DNA from: Haliotis rufescens
Taxonomy: Eukaryota
Assembly: GCF_023055435.1 (NCBI RefSeq)
Contig: NW_025963780.1
Span: 44,144,001 to 44,208,000 of the forward strand
Reading direction: 5' to 3'
DNA length: 64,000 nucleotides
The notes beneath the pieces are model-generated. The model worked only from the letters and a program-made list of their open reading frames with translations. It was not told the DNA's origin and searched no databases. Both the position numbers and the translations under genes were made by a program. Shown piece after piece: positions 27,487-41,226 of this stretch (positions are counted from its first letter, which is position 1; each line of letters begins with the position of its first letter).

Positions 27487-28172
27487 GTATGTTCCCCTTA
27501 GAATTCGAGGATCCGAATTTCGTGACCCTGAACAAGCCAATAAATCTTGGACATAAAACATGTGTCCATAAGTACGAACCTACGAAGTTGATATGCTCGA
27601 TTAAATATTCCTGCCAGTTGTATTCAGAGTCAGAAACTGTTATTGTTTTTATCATTCATCTGATATTGCTTGACATTCAAGTAACATCACATGTGAATTG
27701 CGCTTGTTGTGAAAGGCGAGTGTTTATTTGTTTGAAATGTGTACGACTCATGAACACAGGTGAACACGTCAGGTGACTGGTTGTTTGCAAGCCACTGGTT
27801 CGGCAGTCTTACAATTCAAACAACAAAGCCAACAACTATACCAAACAACAACAATACCCCATTATCGTGTTGTTATATTGAGAGACCCGTGAAGATACGG
27901 GTTAGAATCGGTCTTCAGCGACCCATGCTTGCCGTCAAAGCGACTATGCTTGTCGTAAGAGGCTCGCTGACTTGGTTGATGCATGTCATCGTATCCCAAT
28001 TGCGTGGATCGATGCTCATGATGTCAATCACTGGGTTGTCTGGTCCAGACTCAGTTATTTTCAGACCGCCGCCATATAGCTAGAATATTGCTGAATGCGG
28101 CGTTAAACAACAAACAAACATACAAATATATTGCAGGATAATGATATGGTGTTTTTTTGTCTTCTTGTTCAG

Positions 28173-28260
28173 GTGAGCCATGCAACACACTACCCATAGC
28201 ACTAGGCGTATCCGTGGCTGTTCTGTTCGTTGGCTTTGTTTCAGGTTGGATAATGTCGAG
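28173..28260 (+). CDS. Paralog B transmembrane exon (CEPCNTLPIALGVSVAVLFVGFVSGWIMS), non-homologous to the A/C TM; downstream of the premature stop
   Basis: Polypyrimidine ttgttcag| acceptor, AG|gtaaat donor; 88 nt, phase 1-2. Confidence 0.65.
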
Positions 28261-28628
28261 GTAAATCCTATTATTACTTTTATTTGGTATCTCAGAAAAT
28301 GTCAGTGTCCAACACAAAATAAATATGCATTGAATTATGTTTTATTCTGTGTATGAGCAACAACTTACAAACGTTAATCTTATATATATATTACGATTAA
28401 TTTTGTTTCCCTACCTGACCAGCCTTGTGCTTACGATGTTGACTATACAGTAATCTACGGTTATAAAGAACACGCTTATAACTTTTTAGTCCCGACTACA
28501 TGCTGTAGTTATGCTGTATATATGCTTATAACGAATTGCGGTTATAACCAACTAAAACTAGCAGTCCCTTTGAGTTCGTAATAACCGTAGTTTACTGTAT
28601 AGCTATTGTGGAAACCTCTATTTCCCAG

Positions 28629-28779
28629 GTTTTTCTATCAACGCAAGACAAGGAAGAATGGTGCAGATGTTTACAACACGACCTCAGCTATGGAAGAAGA
28701 ACATACGTACACTACAGTCCAACCTACCAGCACGGCAACATATGCCAACACCTCCTATGAATCATCTTACAATCAATAA
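28629..28779 (+). CDS. Paralog B Tyr-rich cytoplasmic exon (RFFYQRKTRKNGADVYNTTSAMEEEHTYTTVQPTSTATYANTSYESSYNQ*); downstream of the premature stop
   Basis: tttcccag| acceptor in matching phase 2; basic juxtamembrane run; open to TAA overlapping AATAAA. Confidence 0.65.
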
Positions 28780-31700
28780 AAAATGGGCATAATATTAAAA
28801 ATAAATATTTCCTTTCCTTTTGGTGTGTATTTACATTTTCGAAGCACTAGGGTGTCGTTTAGTTGCTGATATTATTTTACAGTGTTGCAGAAGTAAATCA
28901 ATTTCATTGAGTTACTCAGTGACTAAGACTGCTTTCGTTTTGTCAATATCCCAATCAAAAGTGGACTTCACACTTGGTTCCCGTATTCATGTAAATAACT
29001 GCAGAAGGTTTTAATGCTTCTTCTAATTACGTTGTAATGACGTCAGTATTGATATCGTTACTTTTTAAAATTAAATTACATGATATAAATTCCCTGAAAC
29101 TTCATATAAAATCTATTTAGGACATGATTCTGGTTCTGTGCATAAACAGTCAAAATTGTTTGCAAACTCTGTACCAAGCTGTAGGACATTTGTTGTAGGA
29201 TATTTCTTATTGGCAAATACTTTGCTTGTATATATTTTTGTAGATATGACAAGATCTCGTTAATTCCTAATGGAAAGGAAAGGAATTCACAGAAAGTTTA
29301 TGACAGATGGAATGGTGCCGTCATTTTCAACAAAAACGAATGTTCTTCACCCCCCACAATTCTGATGTGTATCGTCGTTTATTGATTCATTCGATTAAAG
29401 TTGAAGACGAGATCAATGGCGCTGCATCTGACAGTGCCGTCCGTGAACAAACACACACCCACCCCATCCCCACCCACCCCAACAACCCCAACCCCAACCC
29501 CCACCCCCTCACTTCCCCAGCCCTTAGAAATATCTAAACGATGCACAAATAACTCTCACATGTCAAGTACTGGCCACAAAAACAAAGTATAGTAACATTC
29601 TACAGGTCTTCACAGCACTCCTTGTGTGCCGTAAAAGGCGACTATGCTTGTCGCAAGAGGCGACTAACGTTATCGGGTGGTCAAGCTCGCTGACTTGGTT
29701 GATGCATGTCATCGATCCCAGTTGCGTGGATCGATGCTCATGATATTAATCACAGGATTGTCTGGTCCAGACTCGATTATTTACAGAGTGCGGCGTTAAA
29801 CAACAAACCAACCAAACCAACAACAAGGTCAGTGCCGTTCAGATACCCTTGACATGCAACTCACGTTAATAACGGCTTTCGATCTTCCTGCTGCAATTAC
29901 GTGTCCTCACAAAAGTGTTATAAAATCGTCAGGAGTTTGATGTACACGTATAGTGTTTTATTAATTTACTTCTTTTTTGATATTATGGATATTACCGACA
30001 GATAATGATCTGGAAGAGCTACTGGCTGTAAAATATTCTTTCTCCATATCGGCTAAACGGCCCTGTTTGTGGATAGGTAATAGACTAATATACACGTATA
30101 AGACGAAATGAAATATGTCTTGGCATCATATGTTGTGTATTAGATGATGGTTATGCCCTGAATTGTCAGAATGTTAGATCACGAGGACTGAACGGTAGAG
30201 CGTTTCATGATACACTAGGGTTTTGGACACTTGCTGGTAACACCAAACACTGATATGAGAAATTAGGATATGCAAATACAAATGTACATAAGTATGGAAG
30301 GTAGTGGAGGAAACAAATCGAATTAGTTGTTAATCGGGTCTGATTGTTCTCAACATGTTACGATATTGCATAGACAATACGAATTTGCATCATTGATTCG
30401 AGTTATTGTAAACTGAAGAATACCAAATATTTCCATATAATGCGTATACTTCCACATACCCACCAAATTCAAATATACTTCCTGTGTGAAGCATTATACA
30501 GTTGAAAACTTACCGCCAAGTATTGCTAATAAATAACGTTAACTCAATAATCAGACTCGGGTGCCTGCCGAAACACATATTTGGCGACATAAAGTTGAAA
30601 ACGTTTGTGTTGTAGTGTATGTCATGTCAGCTCGATGTTGGAAGGGATGCATGTCTTACACATTTACCAACCTGGTGAAACCCACGACTACGGTTATGAT
30701 GCTGACAAACTCACAAACCAAGGAACATAATCTGTACAAAACTGGGATTCGAACCAACGATCATAGGTTCCTGACGCAATCCTGCAAATCAAGTGACGGC
30801 GACTTAGACGACTCGGTCATCCTTGTTCGAGGTCCGTAAACAAGTAAATACATCTTGATGAAATAGAAGTTTATTAGATTTCAAATTTAAACTTACGTAA
30901 CTTAAAGTTTGTATAAATACGCCTCATGAACTAGTCGCTGAGCCTGACCACGCGATCCACTTAGTCACCTTTCATTCTCAAACCGAACCCCACGGGTTAA
31001 GTATTCATAAAAAAGGCACTTTCCTTCTCACCCCAATTTTTAGTCCTATATTATCACATTAACACAACCATTACACAATGCAATTGGTGCCACATTAATT
31101 TTGTATATGTGAAATAATGATCTAATTCCGCACGTGTATTAAGCATGATTGCTCATGAAATGCAAAATCCATATCATGACTATACCGCCATTAAAGTTGC
31201 TGTACAATATTATACTCACTTGTGAAGAGATAACACTAGAAGGAGAATTTCACCAAGTGCTTCTCATTGTAGAGGAGTTCCGATCAAATACCGCTACAGA
31301 TGTCCACCATTCATTCAGCACATGTTTGAACAAATGACATGTATTCAAATGACACGAAACACGGAAAAAATCACTGTCCACATAAAAGGCATTTATACAC
31401 GCCTGATGGTGTAACATTACTTGAATGTACTTCTGTAATGTTAAATCTCTGGAGTATAAAAACGCTTTTCAATTGTGCTGTTGAAGATTGGAAGTCTTGA
31501 ATGTAATAGTATCTACCTTATTATGTACATGTATTAGTATCAGTGTTTATATTAAACTTACTTTAGTATCTGGCACACCTTGAACTGAGGCAACTGGGCC
31601 AACAGGGACCCACCACACGATAGCCGTTAACTATTACACGTGACAAAGTTTAAAGCGGCTGATAAGATAACAGCTACATGTGCAACACTGCGTCTGCGCT

Positions 31701-32304
31701 TATAACAAGGAAGTAATGACGTTCACTGCATGGCATTGTCTGTGTGTCAGCTTTTCATGGTGAAGTTGGACATAGGTGGATCTTTGGGTAATACACTCAG
31801 AGGTAGGTACGTTGTTACATTCAAACACTGCAAAACAATGATTGAAACTTGTCATGTGAACTGATCAATGTTGCAGGCAGTCGGTAGTGAGGTACGTTTG
31901 ACTTACATGTATGTTGGGCGTCTTCGGTACATGTTAACCCTCAGATACATCTTGACAGTATTTCTTATATTATATGTACCCAACAGGTCCCAAAAATAGG
32001 TGGTTTCCATCCGCCGGATTCCTGGCGGATACCATCGAATACTTTCCTAAATTACACCTGTGAAGTCGTTAGTGAACATGTTTGTTTTATGTACATACAC
32101 GTGACAGATTTTGTGCGGTATGTTTTGAAATATTTAATCTCTTACTGGTATAAAGTTTGGTTTGATTTCTTAAATACATTCCACTTTTTCTGGAGCTAAT
32201 CTGTAATCTAGGTACGCACGTACCATGTTATATCTAATAAAATCCTGATATATGATTCAAAATTTGGATTAAACTTTATTCAAGCTGCCATGAAAGACTT
32301 TCTG

Positions 32305-32575
32305 AGTGAGTGAGTGAGTTTGCTGTTTAACGCCGCACTCAGCAATATTCCAGCTATATGACGGCGGTCTGTAAATAATCGAGTCTGGACCAGACAATCC
32401 AGTGATTGATATCATGAGCATCGATCCACGCAATTGGGATAGATGGCATGCATGAACCAAGTCAGCGAGCCTGACCACCCGATCCCATTAGTCGCCTTTT
32501 ACGACAAGCATAGTCACCTTTTACGGCAAGCATTGGTTGCTGAAGACCTATTCTACCCCGGAATCTTCACGGGGA
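32305..32575 (-). mobile_element. SINE family 1 (other copies approx. 352-550, 12172-12421, 27885-28120, 29626-29822, 34795-34960, 40641-40906, 48268-48408, 51684-51950, 58117-58268)
   Basis: Shared core ggtggtcaggctcgctgacttggttgatgcatgtcatc...gcggcgttaaac with simple-repeat tail; TSD gaaagactttctg here and tgagcatctttg at 51672/51951. Confidence 0.85.
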
Positions 32576-32831
32576 GAAAGACTTTCTGTCATAAATCTGG
32601 AACAAAGACACTATATTTTCTACACCCTATATACATGTGTTCTCTACAAAGCAGAGCCAGTGTGTCATATGTTACTTGATTACAAAGTAAATAGTTGATA
32701 CCACTCTATAGTTGTGTATGACAGAACTGCATGATGACTAACGGTACTATCACACTCATTGTGTTTACTCCCCTATAGTCTCTGACACCGAGCTCTGAAT
32801 GAGTGTTTCTCCAGGCCTACACCAAAACAAC

Positions 32832-32886
32832 ATGTGGAGGAAGTGGCGGGGGTCCCTCTCTCTGCTGACATGGATTATACTTCAAG
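32832..32886 (+). CDS. Paralog C, signal-peptide exon (MWRKWRGSLSLLTWIILQ)
   Basis: ATG 32832, G|gtatct donor, 55 nt. Confidence 0.75.
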
Positions 32887-33916
32887 GTATCTTGTGATCA
32901 TTTTTATGAAAGTATCGTAGCATCGTTTGTGTATGAATTCAGTGTTATAAGAATGATATGTTTATGATAATATCAGTGTTACATGTACTGTAACAGTGAC
33001 ATCAATGTATATAATCATGGTTTAAACTCAGCGCTGTTTAGTTGAAGAAGTGCATATCACTGGTACATTGATCAGATTCGGACTCATTCATCCTATGTTA
33101 GATGACAGCCTCGTGTACATCTAATTGTATATTGAACTTGAAGATTGAACACTGAATTTTGAACATGTGAAGGTAAAATGTTGTTCATTATGTACCTATT
33201 GATAGAGATAATGAAGGCAGCCCAACACTTTATACGGATATTGAACACAAGCTTAACAACCGACTGAAATTTATTAAGGCTGGTCAGTTCCCATTTCTGG
33301 GATATGCAGTGATCTTTTGTAGAAAAAAGATGACATCTGAAGATTTTATGACGTAATGTAATAGTTCGCGAATTATAAGTTTGCAAATTGCATCTTCGCT
33401 GCATCTCGCCATGAAGACCCCCCTTGGTCGGGGATTCGAATCCAAAGAGCATATTCCTTGGTCTTTCCATTGCAACAACTGCAAAGTTAGTTTGTTCCGG
33501 CTCCAAATGAGCAGGCTCTGATGCAGTGTGTTACAAGGCACAGCCCATATCAACCGAGTGAGTGAATGTTACAGGCATCAATAACGAATTGCAAGTAACA
33601 TTTCTATCATAATGAATACATGATGCTACAGACATTATACGCAAATTGCAACGAAATTAATCATAGTCCAATGAAAAACTACCAGGTTTGCGTTTTGATT
33701 ACATGGGATAAACATAGCTTACTTAGAAGTAACGATATATGGTTTCACAAACCTTGTTATCAGTGTTTATGTGAAATGTCATAAGGTTTAGTGCGTTGAT
33801 GAGGTACTGATGTGCAAACGTTATTTGGCTATCTAGATATATTGTTGTAGGTAACAATTCATTTCCGTAAATACCAGTTTATACAATTTAAATCAGTTTA
33901 TATTAACAATGTACAG

Positions 33917-34300
33917 CTATCTCTGGCCTGAGACACAAGACTGCCTGTTACAACTTCCCGTTGATAGTCGATCCTCCGTGTGCCTCTACAGAGATGCTTC
34001 TTCCTACCATGTTTACACTCGGGGTGTCCTCTGACGTCACATGTCACAGTGAAATAAGTGGAGAAAGCTTAAGATACAAGGGAGTAGATGAAATCAGACG
34101 TTGCTGTCAACAGCGTGAGAATGATACCGTGAGAGATTACTGCCTCCCTGCTATGAAGAACCAACTCCCGGGACACTACTTCCCCGACTTTGTGAGCACG
34201 TGCACGGCCTCTACAAAATGTCAGTTGTCAACTTCTGAAAGTCGGTTGCTCAATACTGATGGTGCAGACTATGTAACATTCACGTTTGAATGTGTGCACA
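33917..34300 (+). CDS. Paralog C, Cys-rich domain 1
   Basis: Ancestral acceptor missing; in-frame gtacag| 12 nt downstream is usable; A|gtgagt donor. Confidence 0.8.
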
Positions 34301-35408
34301 GTGAGTAGTTTCCATTATCAATTCATGTAATCGGCTTTTTAAATATCAGCTACCCCACCCCAACTTACCCCCATCCCAAATAGTGTTGCAAAACGAACAT
34401 GTGTTTCTCTGCACGCAGCAGCAGAACCTCTGCACGTATTCGCAGCAGACGTAATTTAAATTAAGAGATGGGTTTTTTTTCAACAAAATTAATAAACGCG
34501 TTATTGGGTTACTGGATTGTCTTGTTCATTGTCATGATACAGTTGCTCACCGTCGTATGACACGAGTTCTGCTGTGCGGTGTCAAGCAATAAACAAATGC
34601 TTATTTTTATATGTAACTTGAGAGTGGGTGAATGTGGTTTAACACAACTTTGAACAGTATTCCAGTTATATCACGGTGTGTCAGCTTAATGTGGGAGGAA
34701 AGCCCGAAGTGATGCAGCTCTCTGACTTTTACAACTTTGATGAAACCCATGAACACTCAATTTGGGGCGAGTAAGAGGCCACAAACGACATCGGATGTCA
34801 GGCTCGCTGACTTGGTTGATGCATGTCATCATATACCAATTTCGTGGATCGATGATAATGATGTCAATCACTGGATTGTCTGGTCCAGAATCGATTATTT
34901 ACAGACCGCCGTCAGATAGCTGGGATATTGCTGAGAGCGGCGTTAAACAAAAAAAACCACACACATAATTTTGGGCGAACTGGTTTTTGAACCCACAATC
35001 ACAATCACTGTTAAAAGCGGCGTTGAACCCAAATGACGCACTTACGTGTATTTGTTCTTGTCAGCATCATACCAGTGGTCATGTGTTCTACCAATGTGAT
35101 AAAAGTCTTGACCTACATCAGTTCTGGTTTCCTCCCAAACTAAGCCGACACGCCATGATATAGTGAAATACTGTTCAAAGCTACGTTAAACTCGCTCTCG
35201 CACACTTGAATGGGAAAGGATAAAAAGATATAATATTCTATGTATTACATCGTATAAAGTACTTCATTTGTTGTTTATTATGTTTGAAGTTATTTACAGC
35301 AAGTAGCCAATGGATATTGTTTTCAATACCTGTTTACAACGAATACAAGTACATCTACCGTCGTGTTAGAAGTATACACAACTTTAATGACTTGGCCATC
35401 CTTTTCAG

Positions 35409-35759
35409 AGGACACGGTGCTGCATATCCAACGTAATTCTACACAAACAGGACAGGAGGTGTACCTGTACAACGACCAACATGACGGGTTGGCACGTGCT
35501 TACTGTCTAGCATACTCTCACGAGTGTAACTCCCATGTCATAATACAACTTGCTGCAACCCGAGTTGTGTCTGCCGCCTGCATTGTGGACTTCACTGATG
35601 GGGATGTGTCAACCAAGGTGGACTGTAAAAATACATCTGCATCAAGAAACTGTTCCAGCGCAATGTTTGAGAGCAAGCTCAACTATGTTAACATGTCAAT
35701 ATTCATGACAGTCGATCCTGGAGGTAAAGAAAAAGAATTTCTTTGGTTGCGGGCGAAAG
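35409..35759 (+). CDS. Paralog C, domain 2 (CUB-like, tentative)
   Basis: ttttcag| ... G|gtaagt; 351 nt. Confidence 0.85.
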
Positions 35760-37700
35760 GTAAGTGATTAATAATTATATCTGCCCTGATGTGTTGGTAA
35801 ACCTGGAAATGGGACTAAAGGTCTTGCGGAAAAAGTTCCTTGATGGCAATCTGACGTCGGCTCTGACGTCGTGCCTTTTTACATTGTTATCATAATGTAT
35901 GTGTTAAACTAGGCTTAAGGATAAACACAATGACTATTAGGATATGTTGTTTGAGATCTTTATTCATGTATCAAGGAGCAAAACCTACCTGTAACTTTCA
36001 CTCAAATCAAATTGCTTAAGGGCAAGTATCGATATGATTAAGAATAGCATTATAATCATAAAAATTGCTACCTTTTGTACAGACACACCTCCCTCTGACC
36101 ATTCAGTGTTTCAGTGAATAAATACACGCAGTCTACACGTGTGACACGGTCTCAGAGTGAACGTTACTGTGCAACTGCTGCTGTATGTACCTGGCATATC
36201 GTCAACATGGCCTCACTCGTCACAAAGATATTGACACTGAACATATTAATCATAAACCGGTCCGCCGAAATGTAAAAAAATGAATACAAAAGACTTAGTG
36301 CTTTCATCTTTTCCCCAATGTTTCCTGCCGATTTTTATGCTTTGGTTGATTCCTTTGGTTAATTGTCAGATAATTGTATCATTGCAAAAATATTTATTTT
36401 CAATAAATGTTTGCGCAAAGACATAATGGGAAAAGGAAGTTTTACATATTTATTCACTGCTGCATCTCCCTCTCACTCCCTGGTGCCTTTACATAGAGTG
36501 AGAGGGGGATGTTTCATGTAAAAACACGTCAAACTTCTTTGTTCAGCACCGGAACACACGGTATGTTTATCTCCGCCCTACAGAGTGAACGCGAATATGT
36601 TTGTGATAGCAGTATGGATACCAATGTGTTGTGTAGGCTGAACGGGGGCACGGGTGAGCAGTGCTGAGTCCCTTTGGGCACGCCAAAACCTATGACTGTG
36701 GGTTCGAATCCCGGTTCGCCCCGATTTTGTTTCTAGGTTTGTCAGCACCATACCCGTGCTCGTGGGTTTCACCAAAGTGGTAAACGTCTGAGACCCTCGG
36801 GCTTTCCTCCCACATTAAGCTGACACGCCGTGATATAACTGGAACTCTGTTAAAGCGGCGTTTCACTCAACTCACTCACTCACTCACTGTGTAGGCTAAA
36901 TGTTCCAATGGATCAGTGACAGTCCGCAGTCGTCTCCGCATATATATTCAAGGTTTAATTCTCAGTAAAATAGTTCAATCCCTCCTATGAGAGGTAATAG
37001 AACCAGGAAGAAGCCTACCGGGAATACCAAGTAAACATTATTCTACCACCTCCGAGAGCAGTGAATCGATCCTTGCAGTTGGGAGTGCTGAAGTACACGC
37101 CACTATTTTGACGTCATAATGTTCCAGAGACAGGAAGTAAAAGCATCTCAGCGCAGGAAGTTTACAGCAACACAAAATGATGTCAATGTTTCCAACTTTT
37201 CAGTCGTTTGTCGTTTCGTCCCCTTTAAAAAACTAAGGATCCGCGGTATTACACAATGTTTCGTGTTTTTGCATGAAATATTCTACCATTAGGGCTGTAG
37301 ATGTCGAAAGAAGTCATATTAGGTAGATGTTTCGGTGATGCGGTTGTCAACATGATGATGGTCGAGCGAATACTAGTACATAATGTCATGGCAGAACACA
37401 CAAACAAGTGCACATGGTGAATGCACATGCACATGTATTATTCATTTGTCTGCAGTATCAATAACCTCTTTCATATTTACCTACCACATCGGTAATAACC
37501 TACCGCGCATGTAGTGTTTAACAAAATAATATAAGGCGTGGTAGCCAGTACATAATTTGAAATTAATAAAAGTACATAAACTGACGCTGGTGGCGATACT
37601 CCGTGTGTTAGTGTAAACACTGTCTGTCTGATTTATTTCGTGAATTGGTGTGGATGTGCACGAGTATATGTGGTATTATTCAATAATCATTTTGTTGCAG

Positions 37701-38096
37701 CGGATACAGGTGAAAATGTTACCGTCGTCTGTGGAGCCAACATTCCTGCAGATGTGTCACTGAACTGCCCAACGTCTGCATCAACAACTACGACATCAAC
37801 TACTTCAACTACAACTACTGCTGCTGCCACTGCCACTGCCACTGCTACTACACAAACAGTAACGTCCAATAATGCCTCCAGCAACCACGCACAGGTAGCG
37901 GTGACATCATCACCTGGTAAGCCACAAGCACAACTAATAACAACGTCAGCAGGGACAACGATGCACAGCAATGCCTCTACCACGCTATCGTTGTCCAGTG
38001 TGAACGGCTTTTCCTCCAACATCACTCCCCGCCATCCCGATCCAAACTCTCCCACAACACTCCCTCAGCAGAGTGGAGTCACAGAAACGACGTCAG
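37701..38096 (+). CDS. Paralog C, mucin stalk exon
   Basis: gttgcag| ... G|gtacac; 396 nt; an internal in-frame alternative donor CCT G|gtaagc exists near 37916. Confidence 0.75.
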
Positions 38097-38366
38097 GTAC
38101 ACGCAGTATATAAACTTAGAACCTTTCTCTCTTTTCACGAGGTTCGCTCACGGTTTCGCTTACACCTGGTGTCATAACTTTTTGATAGTGATTCATAAAC
38201 ACATGCTTGTGCTATAGTTGGAATCGTACAATGGACGCTGATTTAAGCAAATGTTTCTTCTGATCAAGGTGGTGGGTGAGTTTGGTTTAACGCCTCTTTT
38301 AACAGTATTACAGTTATATCGCGGCGTGTCAGCTTAATGTGGGAGGAAAGCCCGAAGTTTACCACT

Positions 38367-38579
38367 NNNNNNNNNNNNNNNNNNNNNNNNNNNNNNNNNN
38401 NNNNNNNNNNNNNNNNNNNNNNNNNNNNNNNNNNNNNNNNNNNNNNNNNNNNNNNNNNNNNNNNNNNNNNNNNNNNNNNNNNNNNNNNNNNNNNNNNNNN
38501 NNNNNNNNNNNNNNNNNNNNNNNNNNNNNNNNNNNNNNNNNNNNNNNNNNNNNNNNNNNNNNNNNNNNNNNNNNNNNNN
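38367..38579. other. Assembly gap (N run)
   Basis: Ns. Confidence 1.
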
Positions 38580-41151
38580 ATTGAAGATACAATTAATAAT
38601 ACTAACACTAATACTCCCAGATTCAAGGTGAGGCAATCTGAACAACCACTGCATCGAGTTTATGTGCAGTGTGTTGAGAGGATCAGCAACCCTGTGGATG
38701 AAATCGGCTGGCCCGAAAAGTGAAACAGATGGCTTTCTGTTTGCTTCTCAGGGTCAGTTACCGCCAATTCGAAAGTGATTTTGCATCAAAATGCCCATCC
38801 ATGGTACGGCCCATAATATGTAGAGGGCGTCATGGAAAATGATAAATACAAAATTATTTTGAATAGGCCCATATACAGCCTCAGACCTATCCAGGCCAAC
38901 AAACCTGATCTTGTTCTTTTTGATAAATCCAGTGAAATTACTTATGTAATTGAATTATCTGTCCTTTTTGACACTAATGTGTTTGACACTATTAAGGAGA
39001 AACATGGCAGATATGCGGACTTTCATACAAAGGACATTTAACAATTAATAAGGGTAAACTGTACATAACATAATTTAGATTAATTGTACCTACTATTGCA
39101 ATTATTATGTTGCGAATATACAAGTCATACACAAATACACAGATACAGATATTGGTATATGACCAAACCGGTGCATCCATGCACATGTATGTATACACAT
39201 ATATGCATGTACAGCTGTACCTCTACATATCATCATGTCACGCATACAAACAACAATTTGATTTACGTAATCGTAAATAAGACACATATCTAAATTTTAA
39301 ATCTTTTAGATTTTGTAATGTACAAATGAACAGATTCTACAAGAAGATGTTATAGCATTTCCATATAATACTGTCATAAAAGTCATATCCTTTCTTATAG
39401 TAGTACATATTGTTCCGAAATTTGCAGTATTTGCGACATGAAAAGAGGTAATGAGTTGGATCCTCATAATGGTATCCACGGCAGCAGGTAGTAGACGCGT
39501 ATGTCTATGATATCTGTGTTCAGTTAAATCTGAGGCGGGAATAGATACTTTGACAGAAACGGGTACCATAGTCTTAATTTAAGCCAAATATTAAAGGATT
39601 TTCTGTTGTGGTGATACATTTAGTGAAGTCATTTACAGTATATTTTAACTGAACATTATCCGGTTATTCATTCCACATTCGCACTGTGTCGGGTAAAAAT
39701 GATTTGTGGTAGTTAACTGTTCTAGCATTTACAGTCTGTAGCTGTGAAGAAGTTCTTAAATTGAAACGTGCGCCCGCTGAGACATTAGGAGGAACAATCT
39801 AGGAACACGGTTACATAGATATTCAGGGGCCAACTTGTTAACCATTTTGTAAAATGTTTTTAATGTATGAGATTGCCGTCTTTTGGATAAGGTGTAAGGT
39901 TAGTTTTAGAATATAGAGACTCGTGACTGGTACCACGAGTAGCTCCACATATTGTTCTCAGTGCGTCGAAACACAAGCCTTTCCAATACCAGTTATCCCA
40001 TACCTGGTCACAATAGTCGAATATTGGTAAAATGAATTATCGGTATATATTCTATGACGTTTTTCTGGACAGGCGGCATTTGAAATTTCTAAAGCAGTTA
40101 ATCAATCATAGGGCTTACTTTATCTACTACATTATCTATGTGATTTGACCAGTAGCCAAACTTGCTGTCAAATTAGATTAGTGTTTGTACGATGAGACCT
40201 TTTGTATTGGAACACCTTTCGTTTTACGAACAGGTTTTTGGCTTGTTTTTTTTTTTCTTGAAAACATGATGGTTTCAGTGAATTAAACGAAATGTCTTTC
40301 GAAATGTCATGCTTGCTTCCCAAGTTCCAACTTGTCGTACTTCCCATTCTTCACGGTGCCTAAGACCTAGTACCTTTCAATCTGTTGACTGACATTGGGA
40401 GAATATTTTGAAGTGTATACTTGCTTTTATGTACGAATCACGTGTGGACAATATATGTAAACACTTGGCAGTTCATAGCACTCCTGCTTGGTTTTGTGTG
40501 GCATTGTATCCCAATGTGGCCATGTTGACACTTCATTGACTTTTTTTTATCTGCCTCTAGTAGTTACAAGTTCCAATTTGCTACCTATTGCTGAAACCAT
40601 GTTACATATCGTCATTCACTTATTTTAATACCTCGGGGGAGACCCGTGAAGATCCGTGGTAGAACAAGTCTTTAGAAACAACCCATGCTTGCCATAAAAG
40701 GCGACTTTGCTTGTCGTAAGAGGCGACTAACGGGATCGGGTGGTCAGACTCGCTGACATGGTTGATGCATGTCAAAGTATCCCAATTACGTGGATCGATG
40801 CTCATGATGTCAATCACTGGATTGTCTGGTCGAGACTCAATTATTTACAGACCGCCGTCATATAGCTGGATTATTGCTGAGTGCGGCGTTAAACAAACAA
40901 ACAAAACCGCGTGGAAATCCGGGTGAGAAAGGTTTCATGGCACCCAGTTGGTTGTTGTATGAGGCCACCAGATGAGATCAGCAGGTGCGACTTGGCTGGT
41001 TTCATGTCATGCTGCACCCATGACTTTGATCGGTGCTCATGTTTTCCTTCACGTGTTTGTCAGGTCAAGATTTGATTATATCTCGCCTGAATATAGCTGA
41101 CTGCAGTGATACACACCCACTCTAAAGATATGATATGTATCGTGTTGCCAG

Positions 41152-41226
41152 AGGCCACTCCACCAATGGATAATGACACATCGACTCCAGCTGCAACAGA
41201 AACTCTTCCTTCAACACCAAGCAAAG
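41152..41226 (+). CDS. Paralog C, short stalk exon (EATPPMDNDTSTPAATETLPSTPSK)
   Basis: gttgccag| ... G|gtactc; 75 nt. Confidence 0.7.
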
